Positions 1 through 12,200 of a stretch of 60,843 bases of DNA are shown here, piece after piece (position 1 is the first letter of the stretch; the number at the start of each line of letters is the position of its first letter). A program made the translations under genes and the position numbers. The notes beneath the pieces were generated by a model. It searched no databases, was not told where the DNA came from, and saw only the letters and a program-made list of their open reading frames with translations. Source of the DNA: Octopus bimaculoides (lineage: Eukaryota); contig NC_068986.1 of the NCBI RefSeq assembly GCF_001194135.2, forward strand, positions 25,281,571 to 25,342,413, given 5' to 3'.

Positions 1-231
1 GGCAGATAAAAAAAACCATTTCGAGCGTGGCCGTTTTCGTGCGGGTGACACGTAAAAGCACCCACTACACTCTCTGAGTGGTTGGCGTTAGGAAGGGCAT
101 CCAGCTGTAGAAACTCTGCCAAATTAGACTGGAGCCTGGTGTTGCCATCCGGTTTCACCAGTCCTCAGTCAAATCGTCCAACCCATGCTAGCATGGAAAG
201 CGGACGTTAAACGACGATGATGATGATGATG

Positions 232-263
<32 letters not shown>

Positions 264-2131
264 GTGTGTGTAGTAGAAGGCACTTGCCTGGGTTATCGTG
301 CAGTGGGATTGAACCCAAAACCCTGTAGCTGGGAAGCAAAGTTCTCACCACACAGCTACACTTGCTCCTGTATAATGACAACAAAGAAATCTTGAAACTG
401 AATGAAATTCAAGTTTTGTTTGATGTAACCCTGAAAAGAATATATTTAAAAACTTAAGAAATCACTTTTGAACAATAAACAAATGATTATTGGAAAGATT
501 TTGTTTTTATTAATTAAGCAAAATATTTAATTCAAATTGGTAATAGAGACTTCATTTGCTTTTTTTCTTTCTTTCTTTTTTTTTTGTGTAAACTGAAACT
601 AATAGTAAATCAGTTTTTGAATTGATAGACAGTATCAAAGTGGTTAATCTCTTCCAAAGTTTGAACTTTGGTTAAAGAAAAATGTTGATGATGTTTTTAA
701 TTAATATGATTGATAATGGTAATTCTTAAAGTGAAAATATTAATTTGTAAGTGATAAAATTTTAAAGTTTCAGACTTCTGACATTTAATAAAGAATTCTA
801 ATTTTGGCACAAGGCCAGCAATTTTCAGCGGGAGGGGGGATTAGTCAATAACATTAACCCCAGTACATGACTGGTACCTTATTTTGTTGACCTTAGAGGA
901 ATGAAAGGCAAAGTTGACCATGGCAGGATTTGAACTCAGAACGTTAACAACAGGAATGAATGCCACAAAGCATTTTTTTCTGATACTAACAATTCTGCCA
1001 GCTCACTGCCTTTCTAACGTTTAAGAACAAGAAGACAGGTTTACAACCCCAGGTATCTAAATGTTTCAGTGGATTTTTCAGTGGAAAGCTGAAGGTTTTC
1101 ATAGTTGAGTCTCAGGTATCAATGACCCTCCTATTCATAAATAGATTCCATGAGGTGGTACATTTCATTATAAGCAGCAGCAGCAGTAAGTTGATAGAGG
1201 TTTCAATTGCTTGCAATGTGGACTTGAATTCCTCCTGGTCCAGATGACAAGAAGCTGTTTTAGTCCATCCTTCCTTATCTCCCCTGAAATCAACAGGGAT
1301 TAAGAAATATATCTGATCAGGAAAAGTTAAGCAATTGGTCCTATTTATCAAACTTGTGCAAGATAATTTATTTATTTTTTTTGCTTTTGTTAAACAATCA
1401 AAGAATAGAAAGTTAAAAAGAAATCAGTGTATTCTTTCTTTACACTTATTTACATTTTTTGTTTTTGTTTTTGTTTTAGCTAGTCACATGGCCATTAACA
1501 GAAGCAGATAAAAGTATAATTGAATCAATGGATCAAAAGCTATCCATGTTTTAAAAACTATGAGCCACTGAACAAGATACAAGAAGGAATCTGATTAGGC
1601 CTGCTGCCCTCTGCATTGTTTCTACTGCTACTACAATTCTTCAGAAGTAAAATGTAAAAAAAAAAAAATAATAATAATAATAATAATTTCAGTTTACTTC
1701 TATTCTGTACATAAGTGTTTGATATAATTTTTCTTTCGTTAAAAAAATAAATGAAAAATACAGCAATGAATACTAAATGAAACAACCACCAATAAATAGA
1801 TGTACAATATTAACAACAGATGAAAGGTGAAGTGTTTTCTGTAAGGTTTCATCGACAATGTAGTTCTTAAGGAAGAATAAAATTTTTTTAAAGGATTAGA
1901 AGACAGAGAGAAGATTTCTTCTTTCAAAAATGTTTGAATGAAGGAGACAAAAAAAAAAAAAAAAAAAAGAACTTGCTGATGAGTGATGAGAAAAGTGGAA
2001 TATATATATATATTTCCAAGTTGATCAAGGTCCAAATGAAGATTCGAGCACTAATTGCGACATTAATGAAGTGTCGGCTGTTTGAATAATGCTAATTTTG
2101 GTGATCCATAACAAATAGGTGTTGGAGATGG

Positions 2132-2519
2132 GGGTGAGACGATTGGGTGCAGCTGTTTGGGCGCTGATGGTTTGACACAGCTGATTGGACATTCAGTCTA
2201 TTTTGCTGATGGTACTTTATGGTGCTGGAGGTAAACATACATGCACACACACACACACATGTACAGAATTATAAAATATATATATATAGAGAGAGGGGGG
2301 CATTACACATGCAAACATAACTAGATGTTCAATCAGAGAGTGAGAGAGAGAGAATACAATTCATTAATTGAACGCAAGTGACTTAAGCACTTTCACCTCT
2401 CTTCAATACATTTACAGAGAGTAAAATCAAAAGGAGAGAAACAGTAAAATAGCCGATGTCAAGTAAGTCAGCATGGAACCAGTGATGCCAAAACGGCTGT
2501 GCCAAAACGTCTCATACCC
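2132..2519. mobile_element. Probable MITE with degenerate ~30-bp TIRs
   Basis: gggtgagacgattgggtgcagctgtttggg vs the reverse complement of gccaaaacggctgtgccaaaacgtctcataccc. Confidence 0.45.
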
Positions 2520-2934
2520 TGTTGGAGAGTGAGTGTGACAAATGATGAACAGATTTTGAACTTTAGCTGGTCTTTAATGGCTCGGGATTAAATAGGATGA
2601 GGAAATAAACAATATGTATAAATCGGGTAACTTGACTAATAACTTCTGAAAAAAGGGAAGAGGAAGAGAAGGTACATGTGGAATATGAAAATACATGTGT
2701 AAATGTTGGAAAGATAAATCATTGAGAGAAATATATCTGTATATAAAAACAAATGAGTTCCAAATATATTGATAAAACAATGGGAATGGTTTAAAAAACA
2801 AAAAAAAAAAATTATGATAAACTGTGGTGGAATACCAAAATAATAGGCAATCAAATATGAATGTTCTGTTTTGTTTGTATATTCGTTTATGGTTCGTCAC
2901 TCTTCTCAAAATCAAAATAATTAATTCAGTCAAC

Positions 2935-3207
2935 TTAAAGAGCAGTGTTCTGATCCAAACCAACTTTGGTATCTTTGGGTGACTGGCTAGGCTTCAACAA
3001 GGAACCCTGTTCAAGAAAGTCGTTAAGCTCTTGTTCTATGTCCATTGGTAAAGCAGACTCTTCTCCTTGTCCGACAGCAGACAACAAAGCTTGACCGTTA
3101 TCATCATCATCCAGATTGTAAGGATCTAGGAGATCATCAATGGGATTATTTGAAATCCCCATGGCATTACGTAGAGCTTTAACACTGACAACAGCACCTG
3201 GATTAGC
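2935..3207 (-). CDS. BRD7: BRD7/9 exon 16 (last coding exon, or penultimate if the GTTGGT donor at 2964 is used)
   Basis: ANPGAVVSVKALRNAMGISNNPIDD...NTAL*; tttcag| acceptor. Confidence 0.88.
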   Translation of the reverse strand, partial: ANPGAVVSVKALRNAMGISNNPIDDLLDPYNLDDDDNGQALLSAVGQGEESALPMDIEQELNDFLEQGSLLKPSQSPKDTKVGLDQNTAL

Positions 3208-6200
3208 CTGAAAAATTCATAAAAAATATAAGTCATCAATATATGATATTGCTTTCAAATTTTGGCACAAGGCCAGCAATTTGGAGTTAGCAGGTAAGTC
3301 ATTTACATTGGCCCCACTACCCAACTGATACTTATTTTATTGACCCAAGAAAGGATGAAAAGCAAAGTTAACCTTGATGGAATTTAAACCCAGAATAAAG
3401 ATGAATGAAATGCCACAAAGCATTTTGCTTAGCATGCTAACAATTCTGCTGGCTCAACGTCCTAATTATAATAATAATAATAATACTTTTTATCATAGGC
3501 ACAAGGCCTTAAATTTAGGGGACTAGTCGATAACATCAACCCCAGTGATTCACTGGTACTTAATTTATCGACTCTGTAAAGACAAAAGGCAAAGTTGACC
3601 TCAGTGGCATTTGAACTCAGAACACGAAGACAGATGAAATACCGCTAAGCATTTCGCCTGGTGTGCTAATGATTCGGCCAGCTCGACGTCTTAATAATAA
3701 TAACAATAATGATAATAATAATAATAATAATCCTTTCTACTAAAATCACAAGGCTTGAAATTTTGGGGGAGGGGACTAGTTGATTACATTGATCCCCAGT
3801 GTTCAACCGATACTTATTTTATTGACCCCAAAAGGATGAAAGGCAAAGTCAACCATTTTGCTAGGCATGCAAATGGTCCTGCCAGCTCACCACTCTAAGT
3901 TGTAAGAATAATATCAAATTAACACACAAGCTTTTGTTTCAAAACACTAAATTCATTATATTTTCTTACAAGGAAATTTTACTGGTAAAAAAAAGTTTAT
4001 GTTTGGTAGCAGACAATGATAATAGAATGGCCTGGGTCTCTGTTGGTTATGATGACAAGCATTCTAGTTGATTTGATTAACAGAGCAGCCTGCTTGGGAA
4101 ATTAATGCGCAAGTGGTTGAGCACTCCACAGAATGTGATAAGGCTGGCTCTTTCAATTATAGGTACAACATATTTTGGCCAGCTGAGTGAACTAGAACAA
4201 GGAGGAATAGAGAGCCTTACTCAAGGACACTAGAGATAAAGGTGAATATAATAAAATAGTTTACCTGTTTGGCTAATTCTCGCAGTTCTTGAGTTACTTT
4301 ATTGGCTGCAAAATGAAAAATAAAAAATCTTGTTAAAGATTATTTAACAGTTTTTGATGTTGCTGATATACAACAAAAGGATTCTTAACTGATCATCATC
4401 ATCATCATCATTTAACATTCGTTTTCCATGCTGACATGGGTTGGACGGTTTGACTGAGGTCTGGAAAGCCAGCGGCTGCACCAGGCTCCAATCTGATCTG
4501 GCAGAGTCTCTACAGCTGAATGCCCTTCTTAACACCAACCTCCCCGAGAGTGTAGAGGGTGCTTTTTACGTGCCACCGGCACAGGAGCCAGTCAGGCGGG
4601 CCTGGCATCGATCATGTTCAGCTAGTGCTTTTTACATGCCACTGGCACGGGAGCCTGTCAGGTGCCATGTTCGGATGGTGCTTCAACAAAATGTGTACAA
4701 AGAAATACTACATTTCTGTCCAGTGATATCTTAATTAACAAAATAACATTTCAGATATTGTTGTTAGAAGATAGATTTAATACTTGATAAAGTATAGACA
4801 TCCCCTCATCATTTAATGTCCATTTTGTATGCTGGCATGGGTTGGGTGGTTTGACAGGAGCTGGTAAGCTGGAGGACTACACCAGGCCCCAGTTGTCTGC
4901 TTTGGCATGGTTTCTATGGCTGGATGCCCTTCCTAATGCCAACCATTTTACAGGGTGTACTGCATGCTTTCTATGTGGTGCCAGCATGCTGTTCTACATT
5001 TTATATATTCAAAAAATATGTAATTAATGAGAAAGAGAGACGCAATGCTCAGTCCATGTTTCAATTCTTGGGTTGAAGCACTATACATTCACATTATATA
5101 AACGTTCAGACTTAATGCCTCATGAAGACAAATTGTACCTGAAAGTTTTTTTTAAAGATAAATCATTATTAGTGCCTTTGGAAGGACTGTTAAGTTAATT
5201 TTTTTTTAATAGTTTTTCAGACACTGTATTTCAGTTTACTTTTTATTCTTTCATTATACATCATGTGGAACCTGATGATGAATAGGGAACAAACCATTCA
5301 AAATATGTTATGTTACAAAATTAAGCCACAAAGAATTCTTTAAGACCCCAATATTCTTTAAATAGGGACCAAACAAAAAATTCTATTATGTAATGAAAGG
5401 CTGAGTAGTTTAGATGCCGAACTAGTCAGCCTATATCATAGGTTCAAGCCATGTTAGGTGCTGAATACATACTTTAGCAAAGTTCGCATGCATGTTATGT
5501 TTGGAGAGAATCAATTTAGAATATACAAACTTATCCAAATTTGTAAACCTTATTAAATAACTCTTGCCAATGGAGTGGCACTCCTAGTTTCCATGGATTC
5601 TGGTTTTTATTTACAGAATTAGTTTACTCACCAAGTTGTGCTTCCTTTTGTGAAGGCCCAGGAACAAAGGCCAGATGAACTGGTGGTTTAGCACTGAGAC
5701 GATCATGCTGTGTGGAATGAAGATCTTGAATAAGACCTGCAGTGTAGTCTAACTTTTGCTGTAATTCCTTCTCTTTGCTGATTTCCTTTTCTGTAAAAGA
5801 TTACAAAATTACTTCAAAGTATACCATTTATTTTTTTAAGTATACATACATGTATATATATATAAATAATACAGAATGGGACAAGAACGTGAAACATCAA
5901 GACAGTTAGGTGATACAAGAAAGGGACAAAACATCCAGATAGATGATACAAAGAAAACACGGACAGGTCATTCGGAGTTTTCTCTCTTCAGTCAAGATCC
6001 AGATTATCCTTGCAATTTCGAAGTTCCCTCATTGAGCTTGTAGAAGCTTAAAACTTAGTGTTAATACATAAAGGTTAAATCAGGATAGTGGATTAGCAAA
6101 ATCAGTAGACAACAGAAAAATTGTCTTGCAGTATTATTTATTTATCCTCCTGACAACAATAAAAGAGTTCAAATCTTATCAGGTTCAATTCTGCCTTATG

Positions 6201-9200
6201 TTTTTATACTCTCTTTTACCTGTTTCAGTCATTTGAATGTGGCCATGCTGGAGCACCACCTTTAGTCGAACAAATCAACCCCAGGACTTATTCTTTGTAA
6301 GCCTAGTACTTATTCTATCAGTCTCTTTTGCTGAACCGGTAAGTTACGGGGACATAAACACACCAGCAACGGTTGTCAAGCGAAGTTGGGGGGACAAATA
6401 CAGACACACAAACATATACACACGCATACATATATATATATACGATGGGCTTCTTTCAGTTTCCGTCTGCCAAATCCACTCACAAGGCTTTGGTCGGCCC
6501 GAGGCTATAGTAGAAGACACTTGCCCAAGGTGCCACGCAGTGGGACTGAACCCAGAACCATGTGGTTCGTTAGCAAACTACTTACCACACAGCCAGATAA
6601 AATTAAACAAACAAGTACTGGGCTGATGTAAAAGGTAAAACTTTTCCCTTCAGATCTGTTGCCTTGTACCTATGTCAGAGATTAGCACACTTGTGTTGAT
6701 TCCTTAACTCTTTCGCTTTCAGATTACTCTGTCTAATGTAATGCTTATTTATTCACATTGTTTTGGATTTATCCAGCGTTATCTTGTAACCCTGAGATAT
6801 CGATGATGTGATTGTTCATGTTCAAAATGACATTCTAGGGTAGGTGTGAGATGACAGATCTGGCCAGTTTGAACATAAAGCAGGTAGAATATTTTGGCCG
6901 GATATGGCCAGATTAAATGCTAAAGGATTAAAAGTTTGAAAGATAACAACTCATTTGGGAACTTACCAAAATGATCCAGGAATGACAAATCCATTCCAAG
7001 GTCACTTGACAAAGTTTTCAGAGATTCGAAGTCAACATCGTATGGGTCCTAATGAAAATAACCAAACAAAGCATTAGATATTATAATAATAATAATAATA
7101 ATAATAATGAGAGCACTCAGAGAGTGCAAACCTTTGCCAAGGCAACACCAGCATCCTCTCAATGATTAGTCAGAGATGATTTTTAAAGTGAGAATATCTG
7201 AAATAAACTCAACTGCTCTCACAAACGACCATTCTCAAAAATTAAGTAAACAAAAAGAAACAAAGAAAAACGATAAATAATCCAGGATCCTTGTCTGGTA
7301 GCTGTTTGATCCCAAAATCTAATCAATTCGTGCCAGTCACATGACTAAACATCCCTGAAAGTTTCATCTGAATCCATTCACCAGTTCTTGAGATATCTTG
7401 TCCACGGACAAACAAACGTGACTGAAAACAATAGTCCTGCTTTTGCTAAGGCTGAGGTAATAATAATAATAATAATTGATAAAGGTAATTAATTTGAAAG
7501 ATTTAATTACCTGTGAGCTTGTATCTGCACTAGCAGCAGCCATTGCTTGGTCAAGTTCAGCTGCAGCTTGAGCTTGTTTCTTACTTTCTTCTTTCTTCCG
7601 CTACAATAAAATTAGATACATAAGTAGACACACACACAACGCATATATATAACAATGTAATAAAGTGTTCCTCTGAAGAACTGTTGTGAACCAGCATTCA
7701 ACTGCACTATGAACAGCCAGTGCAGAGGATGCAAATAGCTACAATGGTAAAACATATATAGGGAACAAACGGCATAAACTGCACCTAGTGTTTATAATAC
7801 TCTTCCTTCATCATCATCATCGTTTAACGTCCGCTTTCCATGCTAGCATGGGTTGGACGATTTGACTGAGGACTGGTGAACCAGATGGCTACCCCAGGCT
7901 CCAATCTGATCTGGCAGAGTTTCTACAGCTGGATGCCCTTCCTAACACCAACCAATCTGAGAGTGTAGTGGGTGCTTTTACGTGCCACCGGCATGAAGGC
8001 CAGTCAGGCGGTACTGGCAACAGCCATGCTCAAAATGGTGTATTTTACATGCCACCTGCACAGGAGCCAGTCCATCGGCACTGGCAATGATCTTGCTCGA
8101 ATGTCTTTACATGTGCCACTAGCACAATTGCCAGGAAGGTGACGCTGGGCACAGGTGCCATCACGATTTCGCTTTCACTTGTCCCAATAGGTCTTCGCAA
8201 GCAGAGTTTAGTGTCCAATGAAGGAGACGACGTTGGCATGGGCGCCAGTCACACAGTGCATATATACAATTCAGATATGTTTCTTGTTCAAAATTGTTTC
8301 TGGTGCTACAGATTCACTGACTGCAATGAGTCATTTTTGCATGAATACCATTCTATTTTGAATTCAAGTGTATACCTTTCATCATATGAAGGACTTTAAA
8401 GAGAAAAATGAAATGAATTGAATAGGTTAAAGAAGAGTACAACTCTACTCCCTTACTTGGTCAATTTGTCCTTGCACACGGCTGTGTTCTCCGTTTGTTA
8501 GAACATCTAATAGATTGTCAACCATTTTAATAGTGTAATCCCCTGTAGAATCTGCAAAGGCCATTATACTAAAACAAAAAACAAAAGAGAGAGGTTTGAA
8601 TACTGTATGAATATTACTAGAGCAGAATCAATTATTTTAATGATGAAAAATACAAGTTTAACCCTTTAGCATTCAAATCATCATCATCATTTAATGTCTG
8701 CTTTCCATGCTGGCATGGGTTGGACGGTTTGACATGGAGCCGTCCAGACTCCAATTGTCTGTTGTGGCATGGTTTCTATAGCTGGGTGTCCTTCCTTGTA
8801 TGTTAGAAGCTGAAATATTTACAGCTTTAAAAAAACAACAAAATAAATAATCTAAGGAAGATGTACCTTTTGGCATACTGTACTCCTGTTTCATCACCAT
8901 ATGTTGTCATAAGCATATCAGATTCTTCTTTAGTGATGTTGGCAAAAGATGAATCAAACGACGGAGCATAACTGCTGAATGGACCATAATTAAGATACGA
9001 CACTGAAAGAGAAAACATAAATCAACATCAGCTATATAAACTCTAAATGCTAAAATAAATAGAAAAAGAATTAATCAGTAAGAACTTCTATGTAAATATT
9101 TTAATCTAATGATTGAGAAGAAATGTCAAGGCATTGTATATAACAAGCCTTTGATAATAATAATAGTAATAACAATAATTAATGATGTTGTTAGTGGTAT

Positions 9201-12200
9201 CTATCAGTTCAGTAACCAGTAGATGTATTGGAAATTTAAGAAATACTAAACAGTGATACAGCAGGCTGTTTTCAAGCATGGAGTATTATTCCTCTCTTAA
9301 TGCTTTCCTTTTTGTAGCTGGGTGAACTTACCACTTGAGGGAAGATATGTGCATGTACAGTCTTGTGCTGGTGTGAGGATACAAATAATTGTTACTTTGG
9401 CGAGTAGATTTGCAGCACAGACTTTGGCTGTATATAATGTTTTGATTTATTAATGCAGAAACCCCTCAAGGAAGTTGTAGGACAAGTTCTGTACAATGAT
9501 TCAAAGTTTTTATTCTTAATATAAGTGCAATGAAAGGACCTTAGTGAAAAAGCTAACAGAATGATAAACATTCACCAAAGAACTAGCCTATTGTCTTTTC
9601 GAAGACATGGGTTTGTTTGTCTAGAAAGTAGAATTTGTTGAGAAGAAATTTTGGTGGTTTACAGTCCAGGGTTCAATTAAAACAATGAACAATTTTGCCT
9701 TTTATTCTAGCAAGTCTCAATAAAAATGCAGTCAGTACCTTACTAAGAATAAATGGATACGAGTACTGACTGATGTAGATGGTTCGTGTCCATTCAAATG
9801 TTGAATAAGTTGTTTCTGTGCTACACAAGCTGCTTTGATGAAAGCTCCCCCCCCCACCACCACCAATGATAACAACTACAAAGAGTACAATTACATAACT
9901 GAAAAGAACATTCAAAGCAGTTGTGTCCCAAATAAACAGATAATATCCCTAGGTGTTAAAAGAGAAACAGATACCAAATTTCTGAGAACTAAAGACACTA
10001 AATTATCTAGTAAAATCTGTTTGGTTCAGTAAAGCATATATGCTAAAGTTTTAAAAACCACAAAGAACTTCATGGAAAATGGGAAATACCAGGAGAGATC
10101 TTGTTGCGCTTATCTTCTTTAAAACCTGTTAGAACTCCGGTTCCATTAGTTAGTTTTGATGCCAAGGCTCCAAGGTTCACAACTTTTTCAGTATCACTGA
10201 CTGAAATTAAAATAGATAAAAAAAGTGATGCTCAATACAAAGTGAATTAATTTTAATTGGGAACAGAATGAAAAATAATAAAAATTTACAACACAATATG
10301 GTATTATTTCATATAAAATTGTGTTGTTCCTGCTAGCAAAAGACTCATATACCTGCAAATACACAAATGTAGTTACGCTGGCACTCTGTCGGTTATGACG
10401 AGGGTTCCAAATGATCCGATCAGCAGAACAGCCAGCTCGTGAAATTAATGTGCAAGTGGCTGAGCGCTCCACAGACATGCATATTCTGAATGTAGTTCTT
10501 AGGGAGATTGTGACAAAGCTGGTCCTTTGAGATACAAGAACTACTCATATTTGCCAGCTGAGTGGACTGGAGCAACATGAAATAAAGTGTCTTGCTCAAG
10601 AACACAACACACCGCCAGGTATTGAACTCATGACCATATGATCATGAGCTGAATACCTTTACCACTAAGCCACAGCCACAATGTAATCATAATTATAAGC
10701 ATTTTAACATCCACTTTTCCATGCTTGCATGGTTAGACTGAATTTGTAGAGGCAGATTTCCTATGGCTGGATGCTCTTCCTGTCATCAACCCATAGCTGT
10801 TTCCTAGCAAGGTAATATGTCCTCATGGAAATAATTTGTCAGATAAGACTGGAAATGAACAATGTACAAGTTTGTATGATGGTGATGCTAAATATCAAGA
10901 CAATGCCCCCCCGCCCACACACACACCGAGCTTCTTTCAGTTTCCATCTACCAAATCCATGTCCTAACAATAAAACTATCCATACCTTTTCCATCATTTT
11001 CTGGGTTCAAGATGGTCAAAGATGTACTACCATCTTTCCGTCGTCTTAAGAAACCATACTGAAAGTATAAGAAAACCAAGAACACATTATTGTACAGTGC
11101 AACGTGTTAACATTAAATGTGAGATGTCTTCTTATTTGTGTTTTAACTTAATGTTAATACTTCATTTAGATTTTCTGAAGTGCGAAAGTGCAGCCACAGT
11201 CCAGCTGTTGTGTGATTCATAAAGATTTGGAGATTAGCATATTTTAGAAATTAGACAGGAAGGGACAACATCTAACATATACAGTAGGGGTTCTCAACTT
11301 TTTTTTACCTGTGGACTCCTTTGATTCCTATTTTACTCCTGTGCACCCCCATACCAATCTGATATTTAAAAAATCCTATTGTATTTTTGTTGTAAAGTGG
11401 TCTTTTGCCACTGTTGCATCTGTCTTTTGATGATGGTTGTCGCTCTGACAGATAATGTTATATTCCAAAGTTGAGGATAAAATGTTTCCATCTGGCACTG
11501 TGCGACCCCCCACCCACTAGTTGTAACAGTGTTCATCATCATTGTCGTCGTTTAACGTCCGCTTTCCATGCTAGCATGGGTTGGACGATTTGACTGAGGA
11601 CTGGTGGACCAGATGGCTACACCAGGCTCCAATCTGATTTGGCAGAGTTTCTACAGCTGGATGTCTTTCCTAACGCCAACCACTCCGTATCCTCAAAAGG
11701 TTGGAGCATCATAACATTCACTCCGTATCACAGTATGATTACTATATCAACACAGACACGATTATCAACACAGTCTACACGTACTCTTGACCATCTGACC
11801 TTTTCTTTCTGTCAACCGGCTGTTGGTCTATTTATAATGGCTGGTTACTACCACTTTTTACCAGGAGGGATGTACAGTTTCACTACACAACAATTTTATA
11901 GTTAAATATTATTCGCACTTGTATAAAAATTGTTAAAATATTTTGTGTATTGTGAGCTGAAATGCCAAAACACTTCTTTACTTGGAAAGAAAAAAGCCAG
12001 ATCACTTCGATCTCATTTTGATATATTTGATAAAAAAAATCTCAAAGATAACTGCTAACTATCTTACACTGTCTGTCATTAGGAGAAGGCAAAGTTCACA
12101 CAGAAATCCCATTCTATGTAACTGATTGTGGTCAGGGTGACTTCTACTTAGTTTGTCATCATAATACATCAGTATTAAATAGCTATAGTAAAAGTCATTT

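Noticed and set aside
1112-1351. Minus ORF or possible extra BRD7/9 exon
   Set aside because: It lies beyond both candidate stops and has no family similarity; probably 3' UTR or intergenic.
5968-5996. Other CTGA(A/T)GA-plus-stem motifs (here, ~32480, ~39290, ~53252)
   Set aside because: They lack the GAAA half of the hammerhead core or a closing stem I; probably eroded Penelope-type ends.
9729-9772. 10-bp inverted repeat CAGTCAGTAC/GTACTGACTG
   Set aside because: Too short to distinguish from chance in a 60-kb window.
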